Shown here: piece by piece, positions 36,464 through 49,287 of the stretch
How the letters are laid out: each line of letters starts with the position of its first letter
Numbering within the stretch: position 1 is the stretch's first letter
Assembly (NCBI GenBank): GCA_000388065.2
Contig: KB932204.1
From: Fonticula alba ATCC 38817
Lineage: Eukaryota; Protista; Nucleariida
Strand: one strand, 5' to 3'
DNA: 64,000 nucleotides
Position numbers and translations under genes: made by a program
The notes under the pieces: generated by a model
Seen by the model: only the letters and a program-made list of their open reading frames with translations
Database searches by the model: none
Told to the model about the DNA's origin: nothing

Positions 36464-37863
36464 TTAGATTAAGTAGCGCCCGAAGGACACGGCCACAGGC
36501 CGGTCGGTGGCGAAGCACCCGCCCGCCAGCCATTCCGGCTCCGGGATCAGGGTGCCTGGGGAGGAGGGCCGGGCCATGCCCCGGGCTGATGACGACGCCA
36601 GCGGATCGGCCACACGGCTGGGGCTCCCCCCGTCCTCGGGCGATGGCACGGCTGCCATGGGAATAGGAGATCCCGACTGGCCGGCTTCCCCGATGCCGGT
36701 GCTGCTCGGGCCCAGGAAGGCCGTGCTCTCATCGGCGGCGAGCTCCACCGCGCTGACCGGCACCACCCCCTCGGTCGGGTCCTCGGTCGCCGCCACAGAG
36801 CCAGCCAAATCCGGGCCAACCTTCAGGAGGCTGGCCTGCACCGTGCCGGAATCCGACACTTGGATGCAATCCTCCACCAGGCTGGTGCTACTGCCTCCTG
36901 CCAGCCCGGTGCCCAACTGAATGCTGATGCGAAAGCCCTCCTCCTCCGCCGCCTCGGCCTCCGGCGCCCTTTGGCCGGCGCCCTCCATCGCCGGGGGGGG
37001 CCTCCGGGCCGCCGGGGGGAAGAAGCCATCCTCCTCCGCCGGCCGGGGCGAGGCCTCCCGTCGCGCAGGGCGCGGCGAGGAAACCGTCACCACCTGCTCC
37101 CCGGTGTCGGGACCATCCTCCGGCAGGGCCACCTCTAGCACCGGGCGGAAGCGCTTGCGCGGCGAAGCCGGCGGGCTGGGGTTTCCCGCCCGGCCGCCGG
37201 AGGTGTGGGCCCGGACAAAGCGCATGGCACTATGGACCAGGGTAACGGCCTCCACCGGGCCCAGATCCAGGGCCTCCTGGCAAAAGCGCATTGACAAGCC
37301 CGCAAAGAGGAGTCCGCTGAAATGCCGTGCCCTTGGGAGGACACTTGGGTGAAGGGCCTGGAGGAGGCGCTTGCCGATGGCTTCCGGGACCGGGTGCTGG
37401 CGGGTCAACATCGGGGCATGCGTCTCGGCGCGGGGGACGGGCCTGACAGGAGGAGATAGCGAGAAGCGACCATGGCCATGTACACACCCTGACTTCGCAG
37501 CCCGGAGGAAGGGCCTGGCCGCCGGCCGGGCGCAGGCGCCTCCTCGTGGCGCCGTCCAATGTCCGAGGACAGATCTGGACAAAGCCACTCGTCATACAAA
37601 CGCGAGTGGTCCCAGAAGTAGATGCTCGCGCGACCGGGGCCCGCCAGGCCACACACCTCCCGCGCAAGGAGCACCTGCAAGTGGGCCGCCTCCGCATGGG
37701 GGAGGCCCAATTCCCGAGCAACTTCGATGGTATCCCATTGCCAAAGGGCCCGGGCCAGGCTCATCGGCCCGCGGCCGAGTATCTGTTGGGCAGTCTTGCC
37801 CTTGAACCCCCGGTCAATCAACCAGAGGAAACTCACCTCCGACAGCGCGGACCCCCCCATGGC

Positions 37864-37894
<31 letters not shown>

Positions 37895-40800
37895 GGGAGG
37901 TGCCCTTCACTGGCGGCCGATGTACTGGGATCGAGGCTGCCTGCCAAGCTTTCACACCCGGCGCGGAGGAAAGCCCGTAAGCCCTCGCGCCCGGCGGAAA
38001 GCCGCTCATCCGACCAGAGCCAGGAGAAAAGCTCGCGAACGACCGCCAAGATGGCCGTCTCCGCCTGCTGGGCCTCCACCATCGCACGGGTATACTCAAT
38101 GGCGGAGGCCTGGAAAGCCGCCCGGGCATGAGCGTCACCTGTGGTTGATTGGGGTCAGTCATTGGTTGTGAGACATGGCCGGGCCATGGGAAGGTGCACC
38201 CTGTCGCCCCGACGTACCCGCCAGCACCCGGTCCAATTCGCTGGACAGACACTCGTGCCGCCGCTGGGCCAGCAATTCGCATCGCAAGACCAAATGCTTC
38301 CTCGCGGTGTTGCACGATTGGATTTGCTCCACCATCCGGCGGATGTGCTCGCCGATGGCACTGGGTGTGGCAGGAGCTGCGGAGGGGCGTTGAGTGATCG
38401 TCCAGGAGCAAAGGCTGTCGCATCGAGATGGGGGCGAGGGCGGGGGGGGGGTACATACGCAAGGCGGGAGCTCGGTGAGCATATTCCAGGAACACCTCCG
38501 GAGACATGGGCTCCGCAATGCTCGAGGCCAGGCGGATGTCGCCCGAGCCCTGGCTCAGCCGACCTGCTGCTAGGCCAGAAGAGGGGCCCATACGGGTCGG
38601 AGTGCCTTCGCCTTTGACGGCATCAGCCGCACCCGCCAGCCTGCCTACGAGGAGATCCGGCGAATCGAGTGGCGTCAGCCTGCAGCCCGGAGGCCCGGGC
38701 TTATCACTCAGGGGTGTATGTGGTCCGGGAAACAGCTGAAGAAGGGCATGCTCATGGACGGTCGGCGGTCCCCCGCATACGCCTGGCAGGAGTAGAGGGG
38801 CTGTGAGCACCAACAGAAGGACCGATCCATGACCCGGGGAAAGACACAGCGACACTGGCAAACATATGATCATACATACCGGCCAGTTGAATCGGCAGGG
38901 AAGGGATGGCGGCGGACCGTTTGGAGAAGCGCTGTAGCTCGGTGATGCTAACAGTGAAGGCTGGACGCCGGGGAGGGGGAACCGGGGGGAGGTGAGCTAT
39001 GCACGCGAAAAGGCCGACTCCTCCACAGGGGGTAGACTACGCACGATAAATGACCAGGCGGTTGAGGCCACGGAGGAGGCTGTCATCCAGGGCGTCGAGG
39101 CTATTTTCATGCACAACTAGGGGGACAAGAGGCGTGAGAGGTGTTCTCACCTCGCCGGCGGGGAGAACGGGAGACGGAGGACATGCTCCTCGACGTACCT
39201 CCATGGTATAGGACAATGCGGGCGCCACGTCCCTCCGGCCCACCATGAAGAGTGACCCATCGCAAGGAGCTAAGAAAACGCAGAAAAAGCTCCTCCGATG
39301 AGAAGTGCGTCACTGTTGTGCGATGCAGGCAGGGGGGGGGGAGGGGGGGGATCGAGCAAGGGCCCGACCGAGAATTCCCGCAGGTAAGGCAGCTGTCGGG
39401 TATGGTGGGGCGAGGCGGGGGGAGGGGGGGTGGGTCGAGGCTGAGGCAACACGCACGCCGGGTGCGAAGGTAGAGCGTAGAACCACGGAAGCCCCGCAGG
39501 GCACGATCAACCGTCGAGAACACGGACTCGGTGATGGTACACTCTTCCATGGTGGCGAAGATGTAAGCTTCAGGGGGTGCCATTTCGTTGGGAAGATCGC
39601 GAAGGGAGACGTGGCGCTCGGGTGAAGAAGGCGGAGAGAACGCGCAAGAGAGGGGGGGCGAGGGGGGGGGGACAATGCGGTAGACATACCCGAGAGAAGG
39701 AGCGCCTCGCCGCACATGACCGGCGCCGGGGGCGCGCCCGGGCGCGATGGAGATGGCTCCGGGCTGCCGGGGTGTATCGACGTGTCGCCCTGTGAGAAGC
39801 CGCAGAAGCTTCGCCAGATGGATGAGCCCAGGATGGAAACCAAACGCCCTCGGATGCCAGTTCCCTCGACGGCCACATGCTCGATGCTGTCGCTCATGGA
39901 AAGGGCGTCTTTGGAAATAAGAGCATGGCCGCTGGCGTCCGTCAAGTGGCTGTTGTTTGCGAGGGATATCCACTCCAAACAGGGGTGCCGGCCGAAGGCC
40001 GGGGCCAGATGGCGCACATCGTCATCCTGGAGGTCACATCCTGCATGTGGCAGCCATCGGTGAGAATGGGCTCTTTGCGCGACGTGCCGACTGTGGCAGG
40101 GTCGTCAAGAAACGCACCGGAAAGGAACAATCGTCGCAGAGTGACATCCTCGGCGAGGAAGGCGGCCAGGAGATGCGCGCCCTGGCCGCCAATGCGCGTA
40201 TCTTGCCATAATGAGAGACATGGTGTGAGGCAGAGGCCCACCTGCAGATGCGGCGTGCGGGCAAATACACAGGCCGAGAGGGATCGCGGTGGCGGGAAAG
40301 ACACATGGGGGGACATTTCAGCGACCTGCGCACCGGAGAGAGAGAGCACTGCGAGTCCTCCTGGCCGTCGGAGGACTAGGCTGGATAGGAGCACCCGAAG
40401 GGTGACCGCATCGAAGAGTGGCCCTATTTGAGAGGTGTCACTAACGAGAGCTGATGGGGGGGGGGCGGAAGGCCGGCGGGCGGGATGGTTCATGCCAATT
40501 TCGGGAGACGAAGCGGACCTGATATCTGGAGCTCACGCAGGCCGCGGACGCTTCCTGCCAGGCGACAAATCTCAAACAACTGGCTCACGTCAAGGGTCGG
40601 CTGGTCTGGGGAGATGGCATAGCAAGACAGTCAGGTGCCTCAAGCTCCTCGGTGTGAAGGAAGGTCTTCTGCCGGGAAAAGTACCACGCAATTGCAAGCG
40701 AAAAAGCGGCAAGGGAGAAAGGCGTCCCTGGAGAAGGCGGACCACGCACTGAGTATGGAGAGGCGTGTAATGGGGCTGGCGGTGGTGCCTTCGGCCGACT

Positions 40801-41930
40801 GTTCCAGGTACCGAATCAATCGGCTCGCCTGCCGGTGATCGAGGACTGAAGAAGGGGGGTGAGGCCGAAGTTAGCGCTCAACGAGAGCCGGAGCAGGTGA
40901 AAATGGCCGGTACCCAGCAGCACCAGGGGGGGGGGGGGGGGGGGCTTCGCGCACATTGACCGCGGCTGCCATCGAACCTGGCGGTTGGTCCAAGAGGCGG
41001 CAAACCATCGGCCGACTGAGCAGGCCTACCGGGGCTCGAAGTCGGCATCGTAGTGTGGGAGTCGCTCGAAGTCGCCGCGAGGAGGGCGGCCACGGCGGAG
41101 AGGGGAGAGTCGCGCCCAGCTGATGCAGGGGAAGAGCAGGGAGGGCAAGTTGGAAGGGTGCAAGGTACGAGGAGGTTTGGTTGCCCAGTGTTGACACAAG
41201 GCCCAGCTCCAAGGGCAGTGGGAGGCAGCCGAAATGCCGCGAGCCCGAAAACCCGTCGAGATCTCCGAGGTGAGGGGCGCCGCCGGGCACTAGGCAGGGG
41301 AGGGTGCTGGCGGGGACCGGGGGGTCGTCCAGAGGGGGAAATGGATCCCCTGGACAGGAAAAGGTGGGCATTGCATTGTCCCCCCCCCCCCCCTGCCTGC
41401 CGCCCCCGCCTCGAGGATAACCGGGGGCTGGCCTGACGCGATGCCGCGCAAAAGGGGGCAAGGAAATGGCGGCCGATCGCACGGGCGTGCGGGCTCCGTG
41501 CCAGGGGGCCGGAGAATCGAGTGTGTGTGCATGTGGAGGGCATGTGATCTGTGTGCGGTCAGCGCCGCGTGCTTCCTCCCTCTGGAACGGTATTCTCTCG
41601 GACCGAGGCCGACCCTGAGCCTCTCTCTCCAGCAGGACCTGGCCGGGGACACCGGCCGGCCTCGGGCAGCCTCGGGCGGGGGAGGGGCAATAGAAATACT
41701 CGCGCCTGTGCCTGTGTGGGTGGGGACCGCGAGAGTCTGTTCCTTGGCTCCCCCCAGGAAGGGCGCCCGTGTCCGCGGGGCCACTCCCAGGGTGGGTGTA
41801 TCGGCGAGAGCGCGCCGATAAAATCCTGCCTGGGGCCCTGCCGCGCGAGCGTGCGGACTGTCGCCGCGAGTGCAAGAGCCCCGAAGATCGCTGACTCCAA
41901 AGGTCCTGCACAGGAAGGGCGGTCAGCCAT
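36464..41930 (-). CDS. Uncharacterised multi-exon protein with RNI-type leucine-rich repeats
   Basis: Successive minus-strand ORFs look coding, with LRR-like strings GLRELQISG, LAAFLAEDVTLRRLFLSG, PCLEWISLANNSHLTDASGHAL and IEHVAVEGTGI, then helical segments such as AILAVVRELFSWLWSD. The exon structure is not fully resolved and the 5' end may extend further. Confidence 0.55.
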
Positions 41931-44474
41931 CGTAGGTGCCTCTCAACCTAGGTCCTCTCGAGGTGGGGGTCCCGTTCTCTGGGCGCCCTCGCACGATCGG
42001 ACAGCCCCGCGGAGAGAGAGAGAGAGAGGGAGAGAGAGAGAGAGAGAGTGCAGGGCGTCACCACGTCCCCAGAGGGCAACTGCCGCAGGAGGCGTGTTGG
42101 GGGTAGAGAGCGCAGACCAATTTGTTTTCGTGGCCCGCGTCCACGGAACCTCCATGCATGGGGGGGGGAGGGGGGTGAGCGCTCTCCCTCCGAGGGGCCG
42201 GAAGAGAGGGGGATCGGTCCGCGTCGAGGGGCGCCCCCAATCGGTGATGCCGCCGTGAGGAGGACGATTAATTGACGGTGCGGCCACCCCCGGGGGGATC
42301 CACGCCAGACACTGACAACGGGGCGTCTGGTGGCCGAATGTGGAATTACACCTCGTTGTGCAGATAACTGCATCCCTGAGGCCGAAATGGGCCACTGGAG
42401 CGGAACGCTCCCCCTGGAGGCCATGACGCAGGCGGATCAACGGCTTCTGGAACGTAGGCGAGGGCCGGGGCGAGGGCGAGGGGGCGGGGGGGGGGGGNNN
42501 NNNNNNNTCCCCCTTCCCGGCGCCATGGATCTTCCTGTCTGCGCTCGAAGGGGCACCCCCCCCCCCTCCCCCACCTGGGCAGGAAGAGAGCACAGACCCT
42601 GCTAAATGTGGTAGGAGTGTGCGGCTCGGGTCTTGGGCTCTCCGGTGTGATGGGCCGGGGGCCGAGGAAAGGGCGAAGGAGAACGTCCAAGACCGATCGC
42701 CCGAGAAGACGACCAGCCCGCGCTGGTCACCGAATCGGGGCGTGCGAGCGGACGGGCGGACGGGCGGGGGAAAGGGATACCGCCACCGTGTGCGCATCGC
42801 GAAGGAGGCAGGCCCGCCGAAAAATGCTCCCCCCCCATCTCCAGGGCAGGATAGAAGACAGGGCCGGGGCCTCTTATCGCTGACCACAGGGGAGGGACGC
42901 AACATCATCCATTTGTCTGGGGGGGGGGGGGGGCTGCGACGCGGGATTCCAGGGCCACGGAGGGGGAGGGGTATTTTCGCGCGGTGTTTCCCAGACTTGG
43001 AGGATGCGTCCCGGGCCCCCCCCCCCCCCCCTGGCCCTATCCCGGACCAGCCCTGGTGCTACCACGCAGGCTCGCCGGGGCGCCTTGGGCTGTGAGCCGG
43101 GGGCGAAACCGCCCCGAATCTGGCCAGGGGGAGGCCTTGGTCGCCGGTCGCGGCTGGCCACTTGGCCCCGGCGCGCTCCTGTGCCCTCGCGCCAGCCACT
43201 TTGCACCGCGGCCGGTGGGGGTCCGTGGGGGCGCCGGCCACGGGCGTCCAGGGGGCCAGGCTAGTTAATGTGTCCCTCACGGCGGCTGGGGTGGGGCATG
43301 CCTCAGTCCGAGGGGCTGCTCACACCGGCGATGCGATGACCGTGGTGCGTGTTCATGCGAGAGCCACGCAAAGGGCCCCTGCTCATGAGCTAGATGGCCG
43401 CAGGGCCCCCCCCCCCCGGGGGGCGGGGAGGGGGGGGGGGTGCAGAAGGACCGGGGCGGCAAGAAGGGGAGAGGTACAGCGACGTCCTTGGTGATCGCGC
43501 GTGGGCACTACGCGTCCGAGCATGATAGGCGGCTGCCTCCGGCCCCCCCCCCCCCCCCCCCCTCGCCATTCGCTGCTTGGCCCAGCCACATTCTTGGCCT
43601 ATAAGTCAGATCTCTCGGTGGCGTCCCATCCCCGCTGGGGGCCCGGGCAGCAGAAGACGCCCTTCTTCGGCCGATCCCCGGCTGCTAGGATCCCTTCTGA
43701 CCTCTGCCGCGCTTCTCAGGACGGGGCGGGGCCGGGCGGGGGGCGGGGGGCGGGGGAGTTCTCCGGGGCCAACAAGGCCCGGGCCACACCCCGGCCCGGT
43801 CCAGCGCATTCCTACCTGGCGCACCTCCGCGCCCAGGCGTGTATGTGTGTGTGTGTGTGTGTGTGTGCTGAGCCCCCGAAGGGGCCATTTTGTTGTGCAT
43901 CGCGCGGTCGGCCAGCGCGAGGCGGCCCTCTTCTCGTCACCGGCTCGCGAAGCCCACGGTGACGAGTAGACGAGACCGCCTTTCCCAGGGGGGGGGGGTG
44001 CGAACACGGCGGGGCTGTGGCGCCAGCCAGCCCGACCTGGAGGAGGCAGGGGCCCGGCGAGCGGAGGGGGATTCATCCGGAGCCGGCCCACCGGCCCCAG
44101 GCCGGCACGGCCCCCGACCAACAGATCGCTCCTTTTCACCCTCTCCCAACGTCCCTTCGCTCTTGCGCCTTTCCCCCCCNNNNNNNNNNNNNNNNNNNNN
44201 NNNNNNNNNNNNNNNNNNNNNNNNNNNNNNNNNNNNNNNNNNNNNNNNNNNNNNNNNNNNNNNNNNNNNNNNNNNNNNNNNNNNNNNNNNNNNNNNNNNN
44301 NNNNNNNNNNNNNNNNNNNNNNNNNNNNNNNNNNNNNNNNNNNNNNNNNNNNNNNNNNNCCTGTTGCAATTTACTTACCCCCCCCCCCTGGAAATGCCCA
44401 TAAATGCCCTTGCGCACACACGCGCCTCCAGCCCCCCCCCCCTCCCCCCCTCTTGCGCCTAATCGAGCAACACC

Positions 44475-45326
44475 ATGGCCGCCTCGAACCTGCGCTTCCT
44501 CAAGATCGTGACCGCTGTGGTCAACCTTCTTTTCTTCATCTCCGGTGTGGCCCTCATCACCGTCGGTGCCTACGCCCTGCATGATGAGCTGTCCGCCCTG
44601 ACGTCGGTGACCCTGTCCGTGGGTATGATCATCCTCGGCTGTCTGGTTACCATCATCTCCTTCCTTGGCTGCCTCGGCTCGATTCGCGAGTCGCCCGGCA
44701 TGCTCAAGGCCTATGCCACTTTCACCTTCCTGTTCATCGTTTGCGAGGTTGCCATCGGCATCACTGCCTACCTGATGCGCGACGACATCCCGGAGATTGC
44801 CCAGAAGAGCTGGTCCCGCCTGCATGAGGAGGATCAGGACGCCATCGAGGACCTCCAGAACCGCGTACGTGCCCACACACGCGCACATACAGTGCTCACT
44901 TGGCGCCCCTTCCCCCAGTCGCGTCCACCGCTCCGTCTCCCTCCCCGCACGTGTGTGTCCTGACCCCCATTTCCACACCGCCCCGCTTGGCCCCATGCGC
45001 GGCCGGCCACCCGCGATATGCGCATGTGCATATAGTTCAAGTGCTGTGGCTGGAGCACCACCGATGACCACTCGGTCCCCACGGAGAACTGCCCCGCGGC
45101 CACCGGCTTCACCGAGTCGTGCAGTGCCTCGATCATCAGCTTCATCGAGAGCAATCTGGCCTACATCGCCACGGCCGGCATTGTGATTGCCGTTCTGCAG
45201 ATCCTCTGCTTCGGCTTCTCCTGCTTCATGATCTCCCGCATCAACCGCAACCGTCAGCACGAGCGCATGGTGGAGGAGAGCCGCCACCTCAACCGCCGTG
45301 ACGAGGGCTACAACACCTACGTCTAA
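44475..45326 (+). CDS. Tetraspanin; exons 44475-44864 and 45036-45326
   Basis: Four hydrophobic helices, SFLGCLG.IRES after TM2, and a large loop FKCCG...NCP...SC with 4 Cys. A GTACGT...TAG intron joins in phase 0. Confidence 0.94.
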
Positions 45327-48300
45327 AGGAAAATAACCCCGGGGATACCACGAGCCCTCCCCCTCCCCCCCCATGCGCACATGGTTTGATCCCCCCTCGC
45401 CTCTGCTCCCCCTCCCCCCCCCCCCCCATGCGCGAGGGGCGGCAAGTGGGAGCGTATGTGCGGGTGTGTATGTGTACAAAGTACCGCGCACACGTGTGTC
45501 CCCGGCGGAAGCCACAGATGAGGCGCGTGGGGGGGGGGGGCGGGGGAGGCTCTTCGTAGTGCGTGTGTGTGTGCAGAGCCTGTGTGCATTCATTTCGCGC
45601 CCCAGGAAGCATTGGCGCCCCCGCTCCTCCCCTCTCCGGCCCTCTGCTGTGGGTGTACCTTGCCTGCGGCGCCAGCAGCAGCAGCATGTATATCCACACC
45701 ATGAGGGGCCTCTCCCTCTCTCCATCCACACACCCATGCTCCACCTCCTCCTCCCGCCCCCTTGCGAGGGGGTGGAGGAGGTGTGCCCTCTGGGGCCGGG
45801 CCTTCCGGTGTCGTGCACACACATAACATCCCCTTCAGAAGAAAAAACTCCCAGCAGAATCCTGTTTCTAAAAATATCATCCGTCAGTTGTATGGGCATA
45901 TGTAGCCATCTCTCATCCATATCATGCACATGGGGCGCAGAGAGGAGGCAGCTACGAATAGGGGGGGGGGGTAGACGGGAAGAATCACAGAATCCCCATT
46001 ACTCGCCCAAGGGGGGGGGGGGTCTTTCCGGCGGGGATGGTTGGACGGGACACCGGCGAGGGAGCGTGAGACGGCCCACATAGACGCCCAAATCCCAGAG
46101 TGATCGGGACACCGGTCTGGAGCAGGAGGATCTCCGTGGAGTAATGTGGCTGAGGGCCTGGGCCGGGATCTGCATCGTGTCTCCCTCCCCCCGGGGGCTG
46201 CTTGTTTGGTGACTGAGAAACCCAGCCAAAGGAATTGTGAAAGGGGGGGGGGAGGCCCCCCGGGGAGGAGGGATGCCAGAGTGCACCGGAGCCCGGGGGG
46301 AACCGCCTGATTGTGATCATGTTGTTCATAAATCACGAATAATTAAAACCAATATATCCTTTGCAAAAGGGACACATCCATGATTTTTATTGATGGATGC
46401 GTCTTTCCGAAATGAATATATCTATCCATGTCCCAACGGGATTGGGCTACGGCGGTGACGGGGATCATGCCCCGGGCGCGCTGGACACCGGTCGCCGGCT
46501 CGCCTGGCCCATTTCGCCGCCCTCCGGTGCATGGGCGCGACCCGGCGGTCAAGCCCTTCGCCTTCCGTTGAGAGAAGACGGCTTCCCTGGTGGGGGAATG
46601 CCGACACCCGCCACAAACTGGGCGCCGCGCGACGGTTTAACGGACACTTCGCCCGGAGGGGCCCAGGCATGCTGAGCAAGAGTCTCGCGTGAGGGCGCGA
46701 GGATGGATCCTGCATTTGGCGCATGCCCGCCCGTGTGGTGGTGGCGGTGTCCCCCTCTCGCCGCTCCCCCCGACGACATGCGGGCCATCCTACGGCCGGA
46801 GTCTCTGGTGAACTTCTGAAAAAGGCAAAGGCCCCCCCCCCCTCGGGAGGGGGACCCGGTCCCGAGCGGCGTGCTCCCCCGGCCCACGCCGGGGGACGGA
46901 GACGGACGGTGCATGGTCAGTTGCGCCGGATGCCCGAGTGCCCTCTTTTTCGCCAAAAGAGGGCCGGCCGCACGCCGCCCGAGGGGAGGTGCCTGCGCTG
47001 GGCCCCACTTTTGTCCGAGGGCAGGAGGAGGCAGGGGGCGGGATGTGGAGCGTGCATGCGCTCACGGACGGTGCTGGGGGGGGGGGGGGGGGGNNNNNNN
47101 NNNNNNNNNNNNNNNNNNNNNNNNNNNNNNNNNNNNNNNNNNNNNNNNNNNNNNNNNNNNNNNNNNNNNNNNNNNNNNNNNNNNNNNNNNNNNNNNNNNN
47201 NNNNNNNGGAGGGGCTTGGGCCGACCCACCCCCATGGGAGAACTCCACCCCCGGCTCCGGTGGTCCCTGTTGCACTCGGCGGCGTGGGGATGTGTGCCTC
47301 CGGTGCCCGGCCGGTTGCACGCCCACACTCCAGGATTGGCTCCGCATGTGGCTGGATTTGTGTCCCCCCCCCCCCCGGTCGGGGGGAGACTGGAGGGGGG
47401 AGGCGGCCCTCCCCTGGCGTGGAGTGAGGAGGAAGGTGCACACGGGGCCGCCCGGGGGGGGGGCCCCTGCCGTGTCCTGGCTCGCTGCGCTTTCAAGAGG
47501 GGCCTCGGGGATAGATCCCCGGGTAGTTTGGTTCTCTGACTTTGATGATAACTTTGTTCTTACTTTCCTAGTAATCAGGGGTGCGACGCATTTGCCCTCC
47601 TCCTCCTCCCCTTCCCCTTTTTCCTCCCCGCCTCCCCGAGCACATCCGCCCTTCTCCTCCTCCTCCCCCCTGGCACTTCTCCTCTCTCCGGGGGGCGTCT
47701 CGTGTCGTGCGCGCCCGTGGTCTCCCGCTCCCCGGTCCTCCCCCCCCCTCCCCCTCCTCCTCTCGCCACCACCACACACATCGACCATGTTTCGGCGCTT
47801 GCCTTCGGCTCTCCGCCCTGCGGAGAGGGACAGACTGCCGGCGGCGTGGACGTCTCTTGCTCCCGGCCCCTGTTTCTGTGCGCGCGTCGTGCGGTGCTCG
47901 GCCCCCGGCTGCGGGCTTCCTCTTCCCTGCTCTGGCTTGACTTGCGGGAGCCCATCGCCCGGCGCGTGTGCGCCGACCCTGCTCCCCTCTCTCAGTCTCC
48001 GTCGCGCTGGTTCTTCGGATGCGGCTCCCCGGAGGAGTGACAGGGGGTCGGGGCGCGCGCCCACACGCACATGTGGGCGATGGTGCATTCCTCGTGTCTC
48101 TCGAGGTCTCGGATGTGGCTCGGCTCCTTCTCCCCCCCGAGAGGGAGAGCGCCATCCCCTCGCCCGTCCCAGCCCGACATGTGTCTCTCTCTTGCTCTCT
48201 CTCTCTCTCTCTCTGCGTGTGTGTGCGCGTGTGTGGATGTGGATGCGGATGGTCTGGCGAGGCGGCGGCCCCCCTCCCGGGCGCCGGAGCGTTGCTCCAC

Positions 48301-48361
48301 CCCAGCTCACCCACTTCCCACAGGGGAGCGGGTCGTATTGATCCGCCCGCCTGGGCTCCCC

Positions 48362-48480
48362 CTATTTAAGCACGCCCGGCGGATGTACCGTGCATCCGAC
48401 CGGGCCACTGCTGCTCCCCTCTCGGTCGCTAACCTCCCCCTCCTTTTCGCTCCTTCCCCCCCACCACGTCCCCACAGTAT
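48362..48480 (+). promoter_or_regulatory. Putative TATA-like box and pyrimidine-rich (TOP-like) leader of RPL27
   Basis: TATTTAA at about 48363 is followed by C/T-rich sequence upstream of the ATG at 48494. The TSS is not determinable from sequence. Confidence 0.3.
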
Positions 48481-48493
48481 CGTCGTATTCAAG

Positions 48494-49287
48494 ATGGTCA
48501 AGTTCCTCAAGTCCGGCAAGGTCGTCATCGTCCTCAACGGCCGCTTCGCTGGCCACAAGGCTGTTGTTGTTCGCACTTTCGACGAGGGCCAGAAGAAGTC
48601 CAACTTCGGCTCTGCCCTCCTCGTCGGCATCAACCGCTACCCCAAGAAGGTGACCCGCACCATGTCCAAGAAGCGCATTGCCTCTCGCTCCAAGATCACC
48701 CCCTTCGTTAAGGTCATGAACTACAACCACTTCCTGCCCACCCGGTACGTCTTTCGTGTGCTGTGCACCTTCCGTTTTCATTCTTCCGCGAAATGCCGCC
48801 CCCACGCACATCTCATGTCCCGTGGTGTGTGTGTGTGCTCCCCTCCTCCCCGCGCCCGATGTGTGGTGTGCTGACCCCCCCCTTCCATTGCTCCATCGTC
48901 CTTTCTTCCTTTCCTCCTCTCCCTCCTCGCCCCTGGCGCGCGTGCCCACAGCTACAGCTACGACCTCAACGACCTCCCCCGTGTCGAGGTCGACGAGATC
49001 AAGGATCCTCAGAACCGCGTCACCGTCAAGAAGGGCGTCCGCACTGCTTTCGAGACTCGGTATGTGTCTCCCGGTCCTCCTCTCGGCGGCCCTGGTCTTT
49101 TCCCCTCCTCGCACCCTTGTCTTCTTCATGCTGCTGCCCCTCTCTCCCATCCGTCGCGATTCTGCTGCGCCCTCTCCCCTGTGGCCTTGGACTAACGTGC
49201 ATGCCGCGCGCCCCCTCACGCGTGTCTCCGCCTCTCAGCTTCAAGTCCGGCAAGAGCAAGTGGTTCTTCACCAAGCTCCGCTTCTAA
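48494..49287 (+). CDS. RPL27: 60S ribosomal protein eL27, 3 exons
   Basis: MVKFLKSGKVVIVLNGRFAGHKAV...GINRYPKKVT...KITPFVKVMNYNHFLPTRY...FKSGKSKWFFTKLRF*. Two GT-AG introns. Confidence 0.97.

Noticed and set aside
46354-46362. ATATCCTTT, the U12-type 5' splice-site consensus
   Set aside because: No TCCTTAAC branch site or AC acceptor downstream and no flanking exons; it lies in an AT-rich island.
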